The notes beneath the pieces were generated by a model that was not told the DNA's origin, did no database searches, and saw only the letters and a list, made by a program, of their open reading frames with translations. Shown here one piece after another: positions 18,386-29,063 of a stretch of 64,000 nt of DNA (position 1 is its first letter; each line of letters begins with the position of its first letter). This DNA comes from an uncultured delta proteobacterium (lineage in GTDB: Bacteria > Myxococcota_A > Polyangia > Polyangiales > Polyangiaceae). The stretch lies in contig CAWKKR010000008.1 of assembly GCA_963850305.1 (NCBI GenBank), positions 32,001-96,000 of the forward strand. Reading direction: 5' to 3'. The position numbers were made by a program, and so were the translations under genes.

Positions 18386-21300
18386 TCAACCTCGGCAAGG
18401 TGCGCGACGGCCGGTCCGGACCCGTCGTCGGCCGAGCACGACCGCGGCGAGCGCAAGCCCCGCAGCACCCGCGGAATTCCCCTGCCCACCGCGGCCCCTC
18501 GGCACGCGACACCCGCACCCGCCCGCATCCTTCGACGTCGCGGTGCCCGCTGCGCCGCCGGTGCCGTTTTTGGGTTGGGCGCCTGCATCGGCGTTGGTCG
18601 TCGGCGTGCCGCCGGTGTTCGTCGTGGACGCACCGCCCGCGCTCGCACTCGTGGTGCCGCCGATTGCCGTCGAGGCACCGCCCGCGCTCGCCGACATGGC
18701 ACCGCCGCTGCTCGACGCACCACCCGCGCCGGTGCCCGTCGCTACGCACGAGCTCGCCGTGCAGTCGTAGCCCGGCGCGCAGTCGGCGCTCGTGCCGCAC
18801 TGTTGCTGGCACTCGCCTGCGCCGAGGCACTGGTAGCCGTCGGGACACGGCGTGACCGCGCCGTCCGATGCTTTCACGCTGAATCCGCCCACGCAGGTTG
18901 CGCCTGCCGCATTGCAGGTCCCGGTACCGCTCGAGGTGTCGCAGACGGCGCCGAGACGGCAGTCGGCTTTGGTTGCGCACACAGTCTTGCAGGCGCCTGC
19001 TGATGGATCGCACGTGTAGCCGCCGCAGTCCTGGAGATTGCCGGCTGCGCAGTTGCCTGCAGTATCGCACGTGCTCGCCGTGATGATCGAGTCATTCACG
19101 CACGTCGCGGGTGCGCACTGCGTGGCGTTGCCGGGATACGTGCAGCCGTCGCGCTTCGCGCCGTTGCACTGTCCGAGGCACGCGCCGGAGCCGGAGCACG
19201 CCTGGCGCCCGTTCATCGGCGGTCCCACGGGTGTCGCTTCGCACGTTCCAGAGTTGCTCGGGTCGCCGCACCACTCGCACTGGCCGTTGCACGCCGTGTC
19301 GCAGCACACGCCGTCCGCGCAGAAGCCGCTGCTGCACTCGGCGTCCTGCGTGCAACCCGTGCCGAGCGCGTTCGCCCCGATGCACGCGCCGTTCACGCAG
19401 GTGAAGCCGTTGGCGCAGTCGGTCGTCAGCGTGCAGGTTGTGGGGCACGCGAGGTTCGTGCCGTCGCAGACGTACTCGCCGCACGACGGAGCGCCGGGAC
19501 TGCCCTTGGCGGCAGCGAGGCACGTGCCTCCGGCGCCGCTGCACGCCGCGCAGGGCTGGTCGCACGCGGTCTGGCAGCAGACGCCTGTGGCGCAGAAGCC
19601 GGATTGGCACACGCGGCAGTTGGCCGCGACGCAGTCGCCGCCTTGGCCGGTGTTGCAGGTTGCGGCGAGAGGCTTTTGGGCGAGGCACTTCCCGACGCTC
19701 CCGTTGTACGAGCAGAAGAAGCCCGTCGAGCAATCGGCGTCCGCAGCGCAGCCACCGGGGCCGGACGCGCAGGTGACGGAGGTGCCGTCGCAGACGTACG
19801 GCGCCGCGCATGCGGTCGTGTTCGAGCCGAGCGGCGCGGTGGTGCACGTGCCGTCAGCCGTCGCCCCCGCCGAGGCGGCACAGACGTCGCAAGCGTATGC
19901 GCAGGTCGTGTTGCAGCAGAAGCCGTCCTGGCAGAAACCCGCGCCGGCTGCGCACACGCGACAATTCCCGCTCAAGCAGTCTTTCCCGGCCGCGTCGTTG
20001 CAAGCGGCGGCGTGCGCCTTCTGCGGCCGGCACGACCCGTTCGCCGCGCAGTAGAGGCCGGCAGCGCATTGCCCATCGGCCGTGCACGCGACGCAACCCG
20101 TGCTCGTCCCGTTGCACGCCTGGGGTGCGCAGGTGGGATTCCCAGCGTAACCGGCAGGCGCCGTCGTACAGATTCCCTCTGCGGTTGCACCGAGGGTCGC
20201 CGCGCAGACATCGCAGCTTCCGGGGCATGCGGTGTTGCAGCAGACGCCGTCATGACAAAACCCGCTGCCGCATTGTGAGCTCGACGTGCACGGAGCGCCG
20301 ATGAGCACGAACACGTAGGCCTCGCCTTGGTCTACATTCGCATAAACTTGGTGGTTAGCTGCTCCGACCATCGCCGTGTCCCCAGACACCGACACCGAAT
20401 TGCCGAATTCGTCACCCGTAGCGCCGTCGGTAGCGACCAGCGGCACACCTTGCTGCGCCCACGTCGTCCCGCTCCGCGCGAATACGTAGGCTGCACCTTG
20501 GTCTACGTTCGCGGCTACCTGGTGGTAAGCTGCTCCGATCGTCGCCGTGTCCCCGGACGCCGATACCGAATAGCCGAATTCGTCACCCGCCGCGCCGTCG
20601 GTAGCGACCAGCGGCACGCCTTGCTGCGCCCATGTCGTCCCGCTTCTTACGAACACGTAGACTGCGCCCTGGTCTGCGTCCTCGCCAACCTGATGTTTAA
20701 GAGCTCCGACGAGTGCCGTGTCCCCGGACACTGACACCGAATAACCGAATTCGTCACCCGCCGCGCCGTCGGTAGCGATCAGCGGCGCGCCTTGCTGCGC
20801 CCATGTCGTCCCACTCCGTACGAAGACGTATGCCTCTGAGTGGCCGGGCGCTCCAACTAGCGTCGTGCCCCCGGACACCGACACCGAATAACCGAATTCG
20901 TCACCCGCCGCGCCGTCGGTAGGGACCAGCGGCGCGCCTTGCTGCGCCCACGTCGTCCCACTCCGTGCAAAGACGTAGGCGCCTCGCAACCCGTGCCCGA
21001 CGAGCCCGGGAGCTCCGACGAGCGCCGTGTCCCCGGACACCGACACCGAATAGCCGAATTCTTCACCCGGATCGCCGTCGGTAGCGACCAGCGCGCCTTG
21101 CCGCGCCCACGTCGTCCCGCTCCGCAAGAATACGTAAGCCGTGCCTTGATCGGTGCCGCTCGCGCCATTGTGACCGTAAGCTCCAACGAGCGCCGTGTCA
21201 CCGGACACCGAAACCGAATAGCCGAAGTGTTCACCTGGAATGCCGCCGCCGGAAGCTAGGACGCCGTGCGGGGCCCACGTCGTCCCGGTCCGCGTGAATA

Positions 21301-22285
21301 CGTAGGCGACTCCCCCCGCGGTGGCTGCGTAGTAGTCTCCGACGAGCGCCGTGTCCCCCGACACCGAAACCGCTTGGCCGAAGTAGTCCCCCGCCGCGCC
21401 GTCCGGAACGACCAGCGGCCCGCCCTGCTGCACCCACACCACCGGATCGACCCTGACCGGAAATCGCGCCCCCGCGACGTCCACGTCAATGACGACTCTG
21501 CCGCCGTTCACGTCCATCACGACCGGCACCGCCCGCCCCGTCGCGTCCTCGGCGTAAGCGTCCGAGTAATGCGCGCGCACCCTCCCGCTCACGCCGTCTC
21601 TCAGCAACACCTCCGCCGTCTTGTCTGCCGTCGCGGCAACGAGCTCCGGCGTGAGCCCGCCCGCGTCGATCTCGAACCACGCCGTCCCTCCGCCCGCGCT
21701 GGCGCTACACGGCGTCCGCTCCACCGTGAACGTCTGCTCAAGCCCGGGCTCCCCGTTCGCCCACGTCTCCACGAACGTCTCTGTCCCCGCGCGTCTCTCG
21801 TACGACAGCCGATTCGCGTCGTTCGCGTCCCTCACCGGCGCGCCGCTCGTCACCTCTGCCAGCTTGCCGTCCGTCGCGCACCCGTACCCCACCACGTCAA
21901 GCCGCCCGCTCCACCCCGCGCTCGCGCTCCCTGACGACAGTGCGACGCCGCGCTCGTCGAAGTGGCCTTCAATGCCGCGACTCGCGCTCTTCGCGACGAG
22001 CGGCGCGTCGTCCCCCGGCACGATCGCGTACCGGACGTCGCTCGCCGCCGTCTTCATCTGTGCGGACAGAGTCGCTGCTCTGACGGAGGCTTGTTGCTGC
22101 GACTTTGTCTGCGGCTCGTTCGCTCGCGACATCATTGCCGCTGCGTCGCTCGCGTCCCCATGCGCGCGGAGCGCCACGAGATCGTCCGGGCCGCACCCTG
22201 CCAGCAATGCCAGCGCGACGCTTGCGACCATGGACCAGCGACGTGCACGTCGCACCCGCCCCAACACCCAATCTCGAGTCATCAT
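18386..22285 (-). CDS. Large surface lipoprotein: N-terminal domain + 7 FG-GAP repeats + Cys-rich repeats + MYXO-CTERM
   Basis: Lipobox LAGC; FPVRVDP; seven FGxxVSxSGxT blades; DGxCC repeats; GGCGCR-TM-RRR tail. Confidence 0.9.
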   Translation of the reverse strand: MMTRDWVLGRVRRARRWSMVASVALALLAGCGPDDLVALRAHGDASDAAAMMSRANEPQTKSQQQASVRAATLSAQMKTAASDVRYAIVPGDDAPLVAKSASRGIEGHFDERGVALSSGSASAGWSGRLDVVGYGCATDGKLAEVTSGAPVRDANDANRLSYERRAGTETFVETWANGEPGLEQTFTVERTPCSASAGGGTAWFEIDAGGLTPELVAATADKTAEVLLRDGVSGRVRAHYSDAYAEDATGRAVPVVMDVNGGRVVIDVDVAGARFPVRVDPVVWVQQGGPLVVPDGAAGDYFGQAVSVSGDTALVGDYYAATAGGVAYVFTRTGTTWAPHGVLASGGGIPGEHFGYSVSVSGDTALVGAYGHNGASGTDQGTAYVFLRSGTTWARQGALVATDGDPGEEFGYSVSVSGDTALVGAPGLVGHGLRGAYVFARSGTTWAQQGAPLVPTDGAAGDEFGYSVSVSGGTTLVGAPGHSEAYVFVRSGTTWAQQGAPLIATDGAAGDEFGYSVSVSGDTALVGALKHQVGEDADQGAVYVFVRSGTTWAQQGVPLVATDGAAGDEFGYSVSASGDTATIGAAYHQVAANVDQGAAYVFARSGTTWAQQGVPLVATDGATGDEFGNSVSVSGDTAMVGAANHQVYANVDQGEAYVFVLIGAPCTSSSQCGSGFCHDGVCCNTACPGSCDVCAATLGATAEGICTTAPAGYAGNPTCAPQACNGTSTGCVACTADGQCAAGLYCAANGSCRPQKAHAAACNDAAGKDCLSGNCRVCAAGAGFCQDGFCCNTTCAYACDVCAASAGATADGTCTTAPLGSNTTACAAPYVCDGTSVTCASGPGGCAADADCSTGFFCSYNGSVGKCLAQKPLAATCNTGQGGDCVAANCRVCQSGFCATGVCCQTACDQPCAACSGAGGTCLAAAKGSPGAPSCGEYVCDGTNLACPTTCTLTTDCANGFTCVNGACIGANALGTGCTQDAECSSGFCADGVCCDTACNGQCEWCGDPSNSGTCEATPVGPPMNGRQACSGSGACLGQCNGAKRDGCTYPGNATQCAPATCVNDSIITASTCDTAGNCAAGNLQDCGGYTCDPSAGACKTVCATKADCRLGAVCDTSSGTGTCNAAGATCVGGFSVKASDGAVTPCPDGYQCLGAGECQQQCGTSADCAPGYDCTASSCVATGTGAGGASSSGGAMSASAGGASTAIGGTTSASAGGASTTNTGGTPTTNADAGAQPKNGTGGAAGTATSKDAGGCGCRVPRGRGGQGNSAGAAGLALAAVVLGRRRVRTGRRAPCRG
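18540..18610. repeat. 71-bp direct repeat, copy B
   Basis: Matches 16817-16887. Confidence 0.92.
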
Positions 22286-25200
22286 CGTGCGCCTCTGTGT
22301 GGGTAAACAAGCCGCGAATCGGCTCGCTCACGCGGACGCCTGCGACGACGAAGTGCGACCAGCCCAAGCGCCGCTAGCACCGCCGCGTGGGTGCTCCGAG
22401 AATCGGAGCCGCCCGACATCCGGCACCCGCACCCGCCCGCGTCCTTCGACGTCGCGCTGCCGGCCTCGCCGCCAGCGCCATTTGGGGGCTGGGCTCCCGC
22501 ATCGGCACCGGTCGTCGGCGTGCCGCCGCTGCTCGTCGCGGACGCACCGCCCGTGCCCGTGCCGGTGCTTCCGCCGCTTGCCGTCGCGGCGCCGCCGGTC
22601 GAGCCCGTCGTGGAAGTGCCGCCAGTGCTCGCCGACGTAGCGCCGCCGCTATTCGACGCGCCGCCCGTGCCGGTCCCTGTCGCGAAGCACGAGCTCCCCG
22701 TGCAGTCGTAGCCCGGCGCGCAGTCGGCGCCGGTACCGCACTGCTGCTGGCACGCGCCACTGACACACTGGTAGCCGTTGCACGAGCTCACGGTGCCATC
22801 GGAGGCCTTCACGTTGTAGGCATCGACGCAGGTCGCGCCGGCCGCGTTGCAGGTCCCGGTGCCGCTCGAGGTGTCGCAGACGGCGCCGAGACGGCAATCG
22901 GATTTCGTCGTGCACGCCGTCTTGCATGCGCCCACGGCTGGGTCGCAGGTGTAGCCGCCGCAGTCTTGGAGATCGCCGGCCGCGCAACCGCCTGCGGTGT
23001 CGCACGTGCTCGCGGTCAGGATCGAATCGTTGACGCAGGTCGCGGGTGCACATTGCGTCGCGCTCCCCGGGTAAACGCACCCGTCGACCTTCGCGCCGTC
23101 GCATTGCCCCAGGCAGGCGCCCGAGCCGGAGCAGGCCTGGCGGGTACCCTTCGGTTGTCCCTCGGGCGCGGCCTCGCACGTGCCGGGGTTGGCAGGGTCG
23201 TCGCACCACTGGCACTGGTCGTTGCACGGTACGTTGCAGCACACGCCGTCCACACAGTTTCCGGTGCTGCACTCGGCGCCGTCGGTGCAGGCTTTGCCGA
23301 GCGTCTGCGTCCCGATGCAAGCACCGCTCACACAAGAGTAGCCGCTCGCGCAATCCTTCGGAGCCGCGCACGTCGTTGGACACACGAGGCTCGTGCCGTC
23401 GCAGGCGTAGCCGGCGCAGCTCGCAACAGCGGTCCCCTGGGGCGCGGCCTGGCAAGCGCCGCTTCCACATTGGGCGCAACCCCCGGCGCACGCTGTCGTG
23501 CAGCAGACTCCGGTCGCGCAAAAGCCGGAGGCGCAGTCGCGGCAATCGGCAGTGGCGCAGTCAGCGCCTTGCAAGGCGTTACACGTCGCGCCGACCACCT
23601 TCTGCAGAACGCAGGTACCCGCGACGGCCCCGAACCCGCAGTAGTAGCCACTCGCGCAATCCGCGTCGGAAGCGCAACTATTCGAGCCCGGCGCGCACGT
23701 CACGGACACGCCGTCACAGGCGTGGGGACTCGAGCAGCCCGCAAGGGTCAGCCCGACCGTGGCGGGTCCGCACGTGCCGTCCGCCGTAGCGCCCATAGAC
23801 GCGGCGCAAACATCGCAAACGTTGCCGCACGTCGTGTTGCAGCAGAAGCCATCCACGCAGCCGCCCGGCGTGCCGCAGACGCGGCAACTCGCTTTGTCAC
23901 AGTCCGCACCGGCGGCGGCATTGCATGCGCTGCCCTGTGCCTTCTCGGCCTCGCAGGTGCCGTCCGCGGCGCAATATTTCCCTGACGGGCACTGGGCGTC
24001 GGTCGAGCACGCTGCGCAGGTCGCGCTGGTCCCGTTGCACGACAGAGTTCCGCACGCGGGACTTCCGACCGACCCGGCTGGAAGCGTGGTGCAGAGTCCG
24101 TCGGCCGTCGCGCCAAGGCTCTTGGCGCAAACATCGCAGCTATTGGCGCAGGGCGTGTCGCAGCAAAAACCGTCCACGCAGGCGGCGCTACCGCACTGAG
24201 AATTCGACGTGCAAGAGGCGCCCAGAGCCACGAACACATATGCCGCGCTACGGGCCCCGACGAGGATCGTGTCGCCGGATACCGACACCGCAGCGCCAAA
24301 CGTCTGGCCGCTCGAAGGCTCGAGTGTAGGCCCCTGCTGCGCCCACGTCGTGCCGCTCGCCACGAACACGTAGGCAGCCCCATAGGGGTTCGCGCCGACC
24401 TTCTTCTCCGAGGCCCCGACGAGCAGGGTGCTTCCAGACACCGAGACGGAATCACCAAAGTTGTCCTTGGCCGCGCCGTCCGGGGCAACGGAGATCGACC
24501 CCTTGCTGCGACCACGTCGTGCCGCTCCTCACGAACGCGTACGCCGCCCCTTGCTGAGTGTTTCCACTGACTGTTTTCGCAGAGGCACCGAGCAGAGCAG
24601 TGTTTCCGGACACCGCGACGGAACCGCCGAAATCGTCGGCGGCGGCGCCATCGGAAGCCACGAGATCCCCCCCTTGCTGCGTCCACGTCGTGCCGCTCCT
24701 CACGAATACGTACGCGGCCCCCTGGATGACACCAGACCCGTTCGCACCGACCAGAGCCGTATCGCCCGACACCGATACCGAGATGCCGAAGTAGCCGACC
24801 CCGTCGGAAGCCACGAGATCCCCCCCCTGCTGCGTCCACGTCGTGCCGCTCCTCACGAACACGTAGGCCGCGCCCTGCCCGGCATTCTTGTAGTAGGCCC
24901 CGATCAGCGCCGTGTCGCCCGACACCGATACCGACTCGCCGAAGCCGTCGCCCGACGCGCCGTCAGAAGCCGTGAGCGCGCCGCCCTGCTGCGTCCAGGT
25001 GGTGCCACTCCTCACGAAGACGTACGCTGTGCCTTTCGCGGTGTCGGGGGCCCCGATGAGGGCCGTGTCGCTGGATACGGCCAGGGACCAACCGAAGTAG
25101 TCGCCGACCGCGCCGGAGCCCAGCGTTGCTTGCTTCGTCCAGGTCGCGCCACTCCTCACGAACACGAAAACCTCGCCTGCGCTGGTGTCGTCGCCGGGCA

Positions 25201-26161
25201 CCTCCTCGTAGTTTCCGACCAGCGCCGTATCTCCGGATAGCGCAGCGGAAAGGCCATAGTAGTCACCGAACGAGCCATCGGGATCAGCCAGCTGCTGCTG
25301 CAGGCCCCACACCAACGGATCGACCCTGACCGGAAATCGCGCCCCCGCGACGTCCACGTCAATGACGACTCTGCCGCCGTTCACGTCCATCACGACCGGC
25401 ACCGCGCGTCCCGTCGCGTCCTCGGCGTAAGCGTCCGAGTAATGCGCGCGCACCCTCCCGCTCACGCCGTCTCTCAGCAACACCTCCGCCGTCTTGTCTG
25501 CCGTCGCGGCAACGAGCTCCGGCGTGAGCCCGCCCGCGTCGATCTCGAACCACGCCGTCCCTCCGCCCGCGCTGGCGCTACACGGCGTCCGCTCCACCGT
25601 GAACGTCTGCTCAAGCCCGGGCTCGCCGTTCACCCACGACTCCGTGAACATCTCTCGTCCCGCGTGTCTCACATACGACAGCCGATTCGCGTCGTTCCCG
25701 TCCCTCACCGGCGCGCCGCTCGTCACCTCTGCCAGCTTGCCGTCCGTCGCGCACCCGTACCCCACCACGTCAAGCCGCCCGCTCCACCCCGCACCCGCAC
25801 TCCCCGACGACAACGCGACGCCGCGCTCGTCAAAGCGCCCCTCGATGCCGCGACTCGCGCTCTTCGCGACGAGCGGCGCGTCGTCTCCCGGCACGACCGC
25901 GTACCGGACGTCGCTCGCCGCCGTCTTCATCTGTGCCGACAGAGTCGCTGCTTTGACGGAGGCTTGCTGGTGCGACTTTGTCGCCGGCGCGAGTGCCGTC
26001 GTCGACGGAGCCGCGTCGCTCGCGCCAGCGCTGGCGTCGCCACGCGCGCGCAGCGCTTCCAGATCCTGCGGTCCGCACGCCGTCAGCGCGAGCGCGACGG
26101 CCGCGACCATGGACCAGCGATGCGCACGTCGCACCCGCCCAAACACCCGATCTCGAGCCAT
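22282..26161 (-). CDS. Tandem paralogue of 18386-22285 (FG-GAP + Cys-rich + MYXO-CTERM), 1-nt frameshift at ~24492
   Basis: ORFs 24452-26395 and 22282-24441 join at QQG(V)DL/VAPDGAAKDNFG; same architecture; lipobox LTAC; ATGA overlap with the downstream paralogue. Confidence 0.88.
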
Positions 26162-26444
26162 CGTCGTTCCGCCTCTCGCGTCCGTCACACCGCACGCAAC
26201 CCTGCGTGTTCCGGCCGAGGCTCGGCGCACGGGGAGCGTCCCGCAATAGTCAATTCGCTGACGGCGGTCCGGGCCCCGCTCGTCCGGCTGTCTCCGGGAC
26301 GCCTGCGCGACGAAGCCGACCGCGCCCTGCAGCGCCCGCCGCTCGGCGTATCTCCAGTCTATTTCCAGGAGAGCCGTGCGCGCCGCCCCTGGCACATGTT
26401 CGGCCGCGCGTGACGCGCCGCGGGGCCTGCTCTAGCGTCGCGCC

Positions 26445-27452
26445 GTGACGTCGCAGCGCTCGCTCGTGGAGGTGGTCGAGGCAGCGTACGACGTCGTCGC
26501 GGACGACGAGCTGTGGCTGCGTGGGCTCCTGGAAGCCGTACAGCCGGAGCTCGACGGCGGATTCGGCGTGGGAGCCCAGCTCGTGGACGCGTCGGTCCCG
26601 GAGAACTACCGGACGTCGTCGCTCGTCGCTCGGGGGATCCCGGATAGCCTGATGAAAGCGCTCCTGATATGTGTTCCGACCTTGACCGCTGATCAGGTGC
26701 GGGCGCTCTTCTATGGTGGTCCGGTTGCCACGATGGTCAGTGCGTGCGGCGCGGACATCTTCGATGGGCCCCTGCAGCAGGAGCACCTCGTCGCGGCGCT
26801 CGGCGTCCACGACATTCTCGGCGTGAACGCGATGGACCCGACGGGTCGCGGCTGCAACATCGCGGCATCCCGTGCCCAGGCGACGACGACGCTACCCCCC
26901 GCCTTCGTGCGCACGTGGAGTCGCATCGCGTCGCACATCGCCGCGGGGCTCCGGCTGCGCCGCGGTCCGGTGGCGCCGGGGAACGATCTTGCCGCGGGCG
27001 CGGAGGCGGTGCTCTCGCCGTCGGGGAAGACCGTGCACGCTGAGGAGCCCGCGAGCTCGCGCGAGGCCCGCGCGGCCCTGAAAGATGCCGCTCTCGCCGT
27101 GGACCGCGCGCGTCGCCTCGCGAAGCGGGATCCGGAAGAAGCGATCGCACTCTGGCGCGGGCTCGTCGCCGGACGCTGGTCGCTGGTCGATCGGTTCGAC
27201 ACGGACGGGCGGCGCTTCCTCGTCGTGAAGCGCAACGACCCGGAGCCCGCGGGGCCACCGCCGCCCGCGCTCACGCTCCCGGAGCGTCAGGCCGTTGGCT
27301 ATGCCGCGCTCGGGCACTCGAACAAGCTCATCGCCTACGAGCTCGGGCTCCCCGAATCCACGATCGCCGCCCGGCTGACGAAGGCGGCAAAGAAGCTCGG
27401 CTGCCCGTCGCGCGTCGCGCTCGTGAGGCTCGTCGCCGGGCCCGTCGAGTGA
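26445..27452 (+). CDS. LuxR-family transcriptional regulator (C-terminal HTH), divergent from the surface-protein locus
   Basis: LTLPERQAVGYAALGHSNKLIAYELG; LWRGLVAGRWSLVDRFDTDGRRF motif typical of myxobacterial LuxR proteins. Confidence 0.88.
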   Translation: MTSQRSLVEVVEAAYDVVADDELWLRGLLEAVQPELDGGFGVGAQLVDASVPENYRTSSLVARGIPDSLMKALLICVPTLTADQVRALFYGGPVATMVSACGADIFDGPLQQEHLVAALGVHDILGVNAMDPTGRGCNIAASRAQATTTLPPAFVRTWSRIASHIAAGLRLRRGPVAPGNDLAAGAEAVLSPSGKTVHAEEPASSREARAALKDAALAVDRARRLAKRDPEEAIALWRGLVAGRWSLVDRFDTDGRRFLVVKRNDPEPAGPPPPALTLPERQAVGYAALGHSNKLIAYELGLPESTIAARLTKAAKKLGCPSRVALVRLVAGPVE

Positions 27453-27482
27453 GACCGTCCCGACGCCGTCTCGCCAGAATCG

Positions 27483-27825
27483 CTAGCGTCGGATCTTCGT
27501 CCGACCCGCCCACGCGGCGAGCTCCGCGCGCGACCCGACACCGAGCTTGCGGAACAGCGCCTGCACCTGGTTGGCCACGGTGCGGATCGAGGTGCCGCGC
27601 TCCCGGGCGATCTGCAGGTTCGAGCGGCAGGAGAGGAGCGCCCTCAGGACCTCGCGCTCGGCGGGCGTGAGAGCGTCCGGAACCCGTCCGGCCTCGGTCG
27701 AGAAGCTGAGCACCGCGTAGGCGCCCTCCTCGAACCGAAACTGCGTGCCTGACAGAATCCGGCGGCGGCGCCGGCACGGGCGCGCCGTCATCGAGCTCCG
27801 TCGTCGGGAGGCGGCGCGGGGTCAT
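27483..27825 (-). CDS. Small LuxR-type HTH protein (likely start 27825 with a frameshift at ~27757)
   Basis: LTPAEREVLRALLSCRSNLQIARERGTSIRTVANQVQALFRKLGVGSRAEL. Confidence 0.8.
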
Positions 27826-28169
27826 GACCGGGGTGCAGGGTAGCGTCGGGTTGCGGAGGGGGCAACCGTTGCCCGCTCAGCCCGGCGCTCCGCTCCGCGA
27901 CCACCGTTGCCCCAGCCTGCGTCCCTTCTCAGACGCGACAGGGCGGCGACCGTGCTCGCCGCGAGCGGATCGCTCGAGGACGCGCTCCGGATGGCCGCTC
28001 GCGCGCGCCGCCCAGAGGGCGTCGCGCGCACACGCTGACACGGTTCCGACCCTCCGGTCGGTCGTCTCGATTCCGTACACCACTGTCGTGGTTCACGCAC
28101 ACTCGCATTTATTCCCGTGTTCGCTCTTTTCTCTCCGCGAGCGCGCAACGTCACCCCGACGCGACTCAC

Positions 28170-28232
28170 GTTCGTTCGAGGTTCGTTCGAGGTTCGTTCG
28201 ACGGCGTTCGACGGCGTTCGACGGCGTTCGAC
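28170..28232. repeat. Short intergenic tandem repeats (GTTCGTTCGAG x~3, then GTTCGACGGC x~3.5)
   Basis: Read directly from the sequence. Confidence 0.85.
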
Positions 28233-28374
28233 CACGTGGGTGAGCCCGACGTGCGCGCCCGCAGGGTGGTCCGGCGTTTGCTTTCTCACTCTATCGCCGC
28301 ATCGGAACCCGGACGCCGGGCCCGTGAAAGCTTCTTCACCGAGCTTTCACCGGCTTTTTTCGTGGCGTGCGCGT

Positions 28375-28767
28375 TCAGAGGAGCTTGACGCCGTGCTCGC
28401 TGGCAAGCTTCCTGTCGAACGTAATCAGGGTGCCGCCAGGCTGGGTCCGCGCCTTTCCCAGTATCAGGTAGTCCGCGAGACCGGCCTTGCCGCTCGCGTA
28501 GGCATCGAGCGCCGCCTGAACGAGCTCGATCTCCTCGACGACGACGCCTTCGGTCCGGAGCAAGCGCGACAGGTGCGCGTGGATCGTCCCGCGGTCCCAC
28601 GCGTACGTCGAGCCGAGCACCCACGAGACCTCCGCGAGCACGACCAGAGACACGAAGACGCCGTCGCCCGCTGCATGAGCTGAGAAGGCTCGTTCCGCCT
28701 GTCGCGTCTGCGCCGGGTCGTCGCCGACGAGGACGCGAACGATCACGTTGGTGTCAAAGGCGGCCAC
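28375..28767 (-). CDS. vapC: PIN-domain toxin
   Basis: AAFDTNVIVRVLVGDD, VLAE, GLADYLI, TFDRKL. Confidence 0.9.
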   Translation of the reverse strand: MAAFDTNVIVRVLVGDDPAQTRQAERAFSAHAAGDGVFVSLVVLAEVSWVLGSTYAWDRGTIHAHLSRLLRTEGVVVEEIELVQAALDAYASGKAGLADYLILGKARTQPGGTLITFDRKLASEHGVKLL

Positions 28768-28996
28768 GCACGGCCTTCGCGATCCCGCGATCCATCTCCT
28801 CGATCGACGCGACACGCTTCACGGGCGGCCTGCCCCGGAAGAGCTCCTCGGGCTTGTAGAGAGCGGGCGTGAGGATCAGCCGCTTCCTGTCGTCGATGGT
28901 CACGTCCACCTTGCTGCCCGGAAGCAGCTTGAGGTGCTCCCGGACAGCCTTCGGAAGCACGAACTGACCCTTGGCGCTCATGGTGATGGTGAACAT
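28754..28996 (-). CDS. vapB: AbrB/MazE/SpoVT-fold antitoxin
   Basis: SAKGQFVLPKAVREHLKLLPG; overlaps the PIN gene start. Confidence 0.88.
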   Translation of the reverse strand: MFTITMSAKGQFVLPKAVREHLKLLPGSKVDVTIDDRKRLILTPALYKPEELFRGRPPVKRVASIEEMDRGIAKAVRGRL

Positions 28997-28997
28997 G

Positions 28998-29010
28998 CTT
29001 ACTTAGTAAG
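28998..29010. promoter_or_regulatory. Putative VapBC operator palindrome CTTACT-T-AGTAAG
   Basis: Perfect AT-rich inverted repeat immediately upstream of the antitoxin ATG. Confidence 0.6.
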
Positions 29011-29063
29011 CCCCACCGTCACACATTTTCAAGCTTCAGCCGACGGCTGCGCGGAAACCGCAG

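Noticed and set aside
16890..18390. Prophage, integron or IS
   Set aside because: No integrase, transposase, attC-like site or terminal inverted repeats seen.
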